DNA of 64,000 nucleotides from Escherichia coli (GTDB lineage Bacteria; Pseudomonadota; Gammaproteobacteria; Enterobacterales; Enterobacteriaceae): NCBI RefSeq assembly GCF_013122565.1, contig NZ_CP053258.1; one strand, 5' to 3'. Shown piece by piece: positions 57,335 to 64,000 of this stretch (position 1 is its first letter; each line of letters starts with the position of its first letter). The notes under the pieces were generated by a model. It saw only the letters and a program-made list of their open reading frames with translations, ran no database searches and was not told where the DNA came from. The position numbers and the translations under genes were made by a program.

Positions 57335-57781
57335 TTACATACTGATTGGCAACGCCATGATGATGGCGTCTTCGCGACCGTCCGTGGTGGGGTAGTAATT
57401 GCGGCGAATTGTCGCCTCGTTAAAGCCTAAACTTTCGTACAGGGCAATGGCGGCAGCATTTGAGGCACGGACTTCCAGCCATAGCGTCGCCACGCCGCGT
57501 TTTTCCAGTTCGTCGATCAGATGTTCCAGCAGCGCCCTTCCCAATCCCTGACGCTGATAGTCAGGATCGACCGCAATATTGAACAATGTAGCTTCATCCA
57601 GCACCACTTGCGTAATCGCAAACGCCGCCATTTTGCCGTTTTGCGTTAACTGAAAGTTGAGATAACGCTCGCCCTGGTTGCTGGCAAAGGTTTTTTCACT
57701 CCACGGAAAGGCGTGGGCGCGTTGTTCAATGTGGTAAGCCGCTGGTAAATCAGTCGTTTCGAGGGAAGAAATCGTGTTCAT
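57335..57781 (-). CDS. rimI: Ribosomal protein S18 alanine N-acetyltransferase RimI
   Basis: 148-aa GNAT protein with Q/RxxGxG/A motif ([10 protein letters not shown]). Confidence 0.95.
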   Translation of the reverse strand: MNTISSLETTDLPAAYHIEQRAHAFPWSEKTFASNQGERYLNFQLTQNGKMAAFAITQVVLDEATLFNIAVDPDYQRQGLGRALLEHLIDELEKRGVATLWLEVRASNAAAIALYESLGFNEATIRRNYYPTTDGREDAIIMALPISM

Positions 57782-58163
57782 ATGTGCAAATTTGTTGCCA
57801 TAACGCGGCGCGTGCCGTTGGGTTTGCCCGTAATTCGGTGAGCGCCGGTGATGCCACCTGAGCGCCTTCCAGTGATAGCGGTTCGTCAGTACCCAACCGC
57901 CAGCTGTTGCAGCGACTGCCTTGCGGCAGCATCGCGATTTTTTCTGGCGTCAGTTGCAGCACTTGATCGGGGCTGACGGTTAATGCGCGCAGAACATCAC
58001 TCACTAATGGATCGGTCAGGGCGGGAAGATCGTTTGCCACCATCACCAGACGGACGTGTGCCGGGATCGCAATGGCAATCTCCCCCTGCAACGCGCCAGG
58101 GCGACGCAGCGACCACTGGGTAATGCCCAGTTGCTGTAACTGCCAGTCTCGTCGGGATGTCAT
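57750..58163 (-). CDS. holD: DNA polymerase III psi subunit HolD
   Basis: 137 aa, MTSRRDWQLQQLGITQWSLRRP...; 32-nt overlap with rimI. Confidence 0.95.
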   Translation of the reverse strand: MTSRRDWQLQQLGITQWSLRRPGALQGEIAIAIPAHVRLVMVANDLPALTDPLVSDVLRALTVSPDQVLQLTPEKIAMLPQGSRCNSWRLGTDEPLSLEGAQVASPALTELRANPTARAALWQQICTYEHDFFPRND

Positions 58164-58265
58164 AGCGAATCGCTCCTGTTGTCAGGGGCGCAAATATAGC
58201 AAATTCGTCGATACCGCGCCAACATATGGCTATAATCGCCGCCAGTATCAATTGAGGAGCATTCC

Positions 58266-59297
58266 ATGTCTGCATTTACCCCGGCAAGTGAAGTCTTGCT
58301 GCGTCACAGTGATGATTTCGAACAAAGCCGTATTCTGTTTGCCGGAGACTTACAGGATGACCTGCCCGCGCGTTTAGATACCGCGGCCAGCCGTGCTCAT
58401 ACCCAGCAATTCCACCACTGGCAGGTGTTAAGCCGCCAGATGGGGGATAACGCCCGTTTTAGTCTGGTCGCCACGGCGGATGATGTCGCAGATTGCGATA
58501 CGCTGATTTACTACTGGCCGAAGAACAAACCGGAAGCCCAGTTCCAGTTGATGAATTTACTTTCTCTGCTGCCAGTGGGGACAGATATTTTTGTCGTTGG
58601 CGAGAACCGCAGCGGCGTGCGCAGCGCCGAGCAGATGCTGGCTGATTATGCGCCGTTGAATAAAGTCGACAGCGCCCGTCGCTGTGGCCTCTATTTTGGT
58701 CGTCTGGAAAAACAGCCGGTATTTGATGCCGATAAATTCTGGGGCGAATACAGCGTCGATGGCCTGACGGTCAAAACGCTGCCTGGCGTGTTTAGCCGCG
58801 ACGGTCTGGATGTCGGTAGTCAGTTGCTGCTCTCGACGTTAACCCCGCACACGAAAGGTAAAGTGCTGGATGTCGGCTGTGGCGCGGGCGTGCTTTCGGT
58901 TGCCTTTGCGCGCCATTCGCCGAAAATTCGTCTCACTCTGTGCGATGTCTCTGCCCCGGCGGTAGAAGCCAGCCGCGCAACACTTGCGGCCAACGGTGTT
59001 GAAGGTGAAGTCTTTGCCAGCAACGTCTTTTCCGAGGTGAAAGGTCGTTTTGATATGATCATCTCCAACCCGCCGTTCCACGATGGGATGCAAACCAGCC
59101 TCGATGCGGCGCAAACGCTGATTCGCGGCGCGGTGCGTCATCTTAATAGCGGCGGCGAGCTGCGAATTGTAGCGAACGCCTTCCTGCCTTACCCGGACGT
59201 GCTGGATGAGACATTTGGCTTCCATGAAGTTATCGCGCAAACCGGGCGCTTCAAGGTGTATCGCGCCATTATGACCCGCCAGGCGAAGAAAGGTTAA
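58266..59297 (+). CDS. rsmC: 16S rRNA (guanine1207-N2)-methyltransferase RsmC
   Basis: 343 aa with SAM-binding motif [11 protein letters not shown]. Confidence 0.95.
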   Translation: MSAFTPASEVLLRHSDDFEQSRILFAGDLQDDLPARLDTAASRAHTQQFHHWQVLSRQMGDNARFSLVATADDVADCDTLIYYWPKNKPEAQFQLMNLLSLLPVGTDIFVVGENRSGVRSAEQMLADYAPLNKVDSARRCGLYFGRLEKQPVFDADKFWGEYSVDGLTVKTLPGVFSRDGLDVGSQLLLSTLTPHTKGKVLDVGCGAGVLSVAFARHSPKIRLTLCDVSAPAVEASRATLAANGVEGEVFASNVFSEVKGRFDMIISNPPFHDGMQTSLDAAQTLIRGAVRHLNSGGELRIVANAFLPYPDVLDETFGFHEVIAQTGRFKVYRAIMTRQAKKG

Positions 59298-59470
<173 letters not shown>

Positions 59471-59528
59471 ACGTTAGTCTCCTGATGGACATTTTTCCAG
59501 CAATTACACATCAGGCGATAATTAACTA

Positions 59529-59557
59529 TTGACGAAAAGCTGAAAACCACTAGAATG
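59529..59557 (+). promoter_or_regulatory. Sigma-70 promoter of the tRNA-Leu gene (stringent-type)
   Basis: TTGACG (-35), 16-bp spacer, TAGAAT (-10), followed by a GC-rich discriminator GCGCCTCC. Confidence 0.55.
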
Positions 59558-59597
59558 CGCCTCCGTGGTAGCAATTCTTTTTAAGAATTGATGGTAT

Positions 59598-59684
59598 GCG
59601 AAGGTGGCGGAATTGGTAGACGCGCTAGCTTCAGGTGTTAGTGTCCTTACGGACGTGGGGGTTCAAGTCCCCCCCCTCGCACCA
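59598..59684 (+). tRNA. leuV: tRNA-Leu (anticodon CAG)
   Basis: GCGAAGGTGGCGGAATTGGTAGACGCGCTAGCTTCAGGTGTTAGTGTCCTTACGGACGTGGGGGTTCAAGTCCCCCCCCTCGCACCA: 87 nt with long variable arm, CAG anticodon and encoded CCA. Only one copy is present. Confidence 0.93.
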
Positions 59685-59722
59685 ATTATCTTTACTTCCT
59701 TTCTTGTTTCTTCCTTGATTTT

Positions 59723-59959
59723 TCATCCCTGATTCAAATTCATTAGCATCAGCATGATGCCAGCACTAAGCGCCAGGCACGATGGTAGCAAAACGTAATG
59801 CCGTAACTGTTTGTGATACAGCATCACCGGCGTCAATATCAATCCCATCAGAATGACAATCCGCCACTGATCCGGCGATAAATCCGCATACATCAGCCCT
59901 GCAATCAGCAATCCCGGCAGCAACACTCCCCAGCCACTGCCCAGCGTACGTTGCAACAT
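59723..59959 (-). CDS. yjjZ: Small membrane protein YjjZ
   Basis: MLQRTLGSGWGVLLPGLLIAGLMYADLSPDQWRIVILMGLILTPVMLYHK... (78 aa); the track ORF extends 37 codons upstream. Confidence 0.75.
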   Translation of the reverse strand: MLQRTLGSGWGVLLPGLLIAGLMYADLSPDQWRIVILMGLILTPVMLYHKQLRHYVLLPSCLALSAGIMLMLMNLNQG

Positions 59960-60099
59960 GGTTTCATCTCTTTCATTGATAATGATAACCAATATCATAT
60001 GATAATTTTTATCATTTGCAAGCCAGAGAAATCCCTTGCTATCGGGTAAACCTATCGCTAGGATTAGCAATCATTATCATTTAGATTATTATCACGATT

Positions 60100-60888
60100 A
60101 TGGCCTATCGTTCCGCACCGCTCTATGAAGATATCATCTGGCGAACGCATCTCCAGCCACAGGATGCTGGGCTTGCACAAGCCGTACGTGCGACGATCGC
60201 CGAACATCGTGAACATTTGCTCGAGTTTATCCGCCTGGATGAACCCGCTCCGCTTAACGCCATGACGCTGGCGCAATGGTCATCACCGAATGCGCTAAGT
60301 TCTCTACTCGCGGTCTATTCCGATCATATCTATCGCAACCAACCAACGATGATCCGCGAGAACAAACCGCTGATCTCACTATGGGCACAATGGTATATCG
60401 GCCTGATGGTGCCACCATTAATGCTGGCGCTACTGACGCAGGAAAAAGCATTAGATGTATCGCCGGAACATTTCCATGCTGAGTTTCACGAAACCGGACG
60501 CGTCGCCTGTTTCTGGGTCGATGTGTGTGAAGATAAAAACGCAACACCACATTCGCCGCAGCAGCGAATGGAAACGTTAATCAGCCAGGCGCTGGTTCCG
60601 GTTGTGCAGGCACTAGAAGCGACCGGAGAGATCAACGGCAAACTTATCTGGAGTAATACCGGTTATTTGATCAACTGGTATCTCACTGAGATGAAGCAAC
60701 TGCTCGGCGAGGCGACGGTTGAATCGCTGCGCCATGCCCTCTTTTTTGAGAAAACGCTTACTACCGGTGAAGATAATCCACTCTGGCGTACCGTGGTGCT
60801 ACGCGACGGCCTGCTGGTGCGCCGCACTTGCTGCCAGCGTTATCGCTTACCGGATGTGCAGCAATGTGGCGATTGTACGCTGAAATGA
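60100..60888 (+). CDS. fhuF: Ferric-siderophore reductase FhuF
   Basis: 262 aa with C-terminal C-C-x10-C-x2-C [2Fe-2S] motif (RRTCCQRYRLPDVQQCGDCTL). Confidence 0.93.
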   Translation: MAYRSAPLYEDIIWRTHLQPQDAGLAQAVRATIAEHREHLLEFIRLDEPAPLNAMTLAQWSSPNALSSLLAVYSDHIYRNQPTMIRENKPLISLWAQWYIGLMVPPLMLALLTQEKALDVSPEHFHAEFHETGRVACFWVDVCEDKNATPHSPQQRMETLISQALVPVVQALEATGEINGKLIWSNTGYLINWYLTEMKQLLGEATVESLRHALFFEKTLTTGEDNPLWRTVVLRDGLLVRRTCCQRYRLPDVQQCGDCTLK

Positions 60889-60925
60889 AAGCACTGCCGG
60901 GGAAGTAAACCCGGCATCATGCGGA

Positions 60926-61603
60926 TTAATAGGGATGCAACACATTACTTGTTTCGCAATGCCGCATACATAATAGAATATCTGCGGCCTCCAACAACCC
61001 TGCGTCAGAACTTACGCCCAGTTTCGACATCACATTAAATTTATGTGCACGGATCGTTTTGATATTGCGTTTAAGCTGCTCGGCAATTTGTGTCATTGAG
61101 TAGCCACGCGACATAAAACGCAATATTTCTCTCTCCGTCGGGCTTAACGTCCGGCTTTGGTTAATGTACCACTGATTGTTTAGTCGGTCGGTCGCCTGAC
61201 GTACACCATTTAATGACAAAAAGAGTTCCTGATGAAAAATCTCCAGCGTTGACGCTTTACTTAATACACCGTCCAGCGGTGATGGCGACAATGAACCAAT
61301 CAGCCGAGCTTCAATATCATCATCCGCAATAACTAAACGCCGGGTACGCGGAAACTTAATCGCCAGTTCAGTCAGGCAAGATAATCCCTCTCTGCGCTCA
61401 CTTCTCATGGCAGAAAAAGAAAAAATGACCGCCGCAAACGAGATCCGCGACATGGCATCCTGAAATGACTCCTGACTGGTATAGGTATGGAGCTTATAAG
61501 GGTTACCCGCAAACTTTCTGAATAAACTCTCAATACCGATACTACTCATGACGCATTTTTCTATGAGTGCGACATTTCTCTTCTTAATTCGGCTGTGTTC
61601 CAT
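60926..61603 (-). CDS. bglJ: LuxR-family transcriptional regulator BglJ
   Basis: 225 aa with C-terminal LuxR HTH ([44 protein letters not shown]). Confidence 0.9.
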   Translation of the reverse strand: MEHSRIKKRNVALIEKCVMSSIGIESLFRKFAGNPYKLHTYTSQESFQDAMSRISFAAVIFSFSAMRSERREGLSCLTELAIKFPRTRRLVIADDDIEARLIGSLSPSPLDGVLSKASTLEIFHQELFLSLNGVRQATDRLNNQWYINQSRTLSPTEREILRFMSRGYSMTQIAEQLKRNIKTIRAHKFNVMSKLGVSSDAGLLEAADILLCMRHCETSNVLHPY

Positions 61604-62286
61604 TCTGCGGCATCTCCATAAACAGAAGGCAAGTTAAGTTCTCTTGCACCCTGCGCGCTATTTATCCATGCATACATTTCAGCGTTGCTGTGAATTGCCA
61701 GTCGACGCATCGCACTGTTTTTTTGGGCGCTGATAGTTTTATTACTTTTCTTAAGCAATGAAGCTATCTGGTTGATGCCCCATCCTTTACCTAATAGCCG
61801 CAGTACCTTGCGCTCTGAAAGAGTGAGAATGACGGAGCGATAGCTAAAATCATGAGTTTCAGTCATTGCCGGGGAGGTCAGCATAGCGCTGATACGCTCT
61901 GCGTGCGTATTGCCGGAACGTACGGTCTTGACCAGATTCTCAATGGGTTCAACATCAGACAATAACGTCGCCGTAGGGCACATGAGCAGTTCTACTGCCT
62001 GGGAATACCAGGAACGTGACACCATGAAAACCCAGTGAATTTCCCGATATTGTGAGATTAAAGAATAATAATGTTCACAAACAGAACGTGGATCTTCACT
62101 TTCACCGGCTAAATCAGCAATGACTAGTACAGAACGACGTAATTGTAATAAGGTAAGGTCCTCCGCAGAGGCGCTGGATATTATTTCATATTCAGGGAAG
62201 TGAGTCCTCATGACCTCTTTTAACCCTGCTTGCATAACAGGTATTTTACTGATAACAATTCCATTTTTGCAGCATCCTGGCAACAT
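61561..62286 (-). CDS. yjjQ: LuxR-family transcriptional regulator YjjQ
   Basis: 241 aa with C-terminal LuxR HTH; overlaps bglJ by 43 nt in the conserved yjjQ-bglJ operon. Confidence 0.9.
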   Translation of the reverse strand: MLPGCCKNGIVISKIPVMQAGLKEVMRTHFPEYEIISSASAEDLTLLQLRRSVLVIADLAGESEDPRSVCEHYYSLISQYREIHWVFMVSRSWYSQAVELLMCPTATLLSDVEPIENLVKTVRSGNTHAERISAMLTSPAMTETHDFSYRSVILTLSERKVLRLLGKGWGINQIASLLKKSNKTISAQKNSAMRRLAIHSNAEMYAWINSAQGARELNLPSVYGDAAEWNTAELRREMSHS

Positions 62287-62903
62287 ATTTCCTCCACATC
62301 CACTGTCTAAAAATCATGATGGTTTATTCAGGATATTCATTCCTTAAATGTTTCCAGCAAATTAATAGATTAAGCGAATAAATTATCCTTAGCATTCACT
62401 TTCATATCAGCATACTCCTGCTGCACAACAACTCCACTGCATGTGTCAGAAGGTTAGCATCAAATGATAACCTGGTGAAATAGCCTGGAGACATTTAAAA
62501 TATCTACATTATGTTGTTAGAAATACTTAATGAAAAATAGAAATTCCATTCATTTAATTTATAATAAACAATATCCTTTCCCGCAGAATGCGGAATCACA
62601 CAATCAATATTTATTCAATAAAATCTGATAGTTTTAACTTGTTAACATTAAAAAACGCGCCCAGTTATCTATTATCCTGATTCGTAAAGGCTAAATAATG
62701 AATTCATTATAGTGATAATATTCATGTGATAGTTTGTTTGCGGCGAGAGATAATTCGCTTTTTATCACCGTGCTTCTCCCGATAACCAGGATTAATCAGC
62801 GCAATTTTGATCTTAACCTACCGCAAAACAACCGTGCTTCATGATACAAATAGATTCTCATTATCTGAACTATACGCAACACGTCTATGACAAAGGGCGA
62901 GTT

Positions 62904-64000
<1,097 letters not shown>

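Overview
This window reads as an Escherichia coli chromosome segment spanning the conventional map origin (thr operon), given here as the reverse complement of the usual K-12 orientation. Identification rests on translated ORFs that match E. coli proteins I recognise from memory (DnaK, DnaJ, ThrA/B/C, ArcA, NhaA/NhaR, Deo enzymes, PrfC and others) and on numerous REP/BIME palindromes; no search was run. Gene order from memory of K-12: fimbrial usher/adhesin | nhaR nhaA | accessory island | hokC | dnaJ dnaK | yaaI yaaW satP mog talB yaaJ yaaA yaaX | thrCBA thrL | yjtD yjjY arcA creDCBA rob gpmB yjjX trpR slt ettA | HTH gene | nadR radA serB ytjB lplA | yjjJ remnant | deoDBAC yjjI yjjW yjjV yjjU ytjA osmY prfC yjjG rimI holD rsmC tRNA-Leu yjjZ fhuF bglJ yjjQ yjjP yjjB. 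Most of the window is conserved core genome. The non-core content is: (1) a roughly 3.7 kb AT-rich three-gene module between hokC and nhaA (Tsx-like outer-membrane channel, Ser-type sulfatase, Cys-rich InsA-like zinc-ribbon/HTH protein with an unassigned C-terminal domain), which is the best candidate for an uncharacterised system; (2) the distal end of a chaperone-usher fimbrial operon next to nhaR; (3) a single XRE-family HTH gene wedged between nadR and ettA; (4) a yjjJ (hipH) locus reduced to an 87-aa HTH-only ORF; (5) one tRNA-Leu where K-12 has three. No rRNA, CRISPR array or intact IS element was seen. All coordinates are from manual reading of the ORF track and sequence; start codons were adjusted where the track ORF extends upstream of the start I recall.
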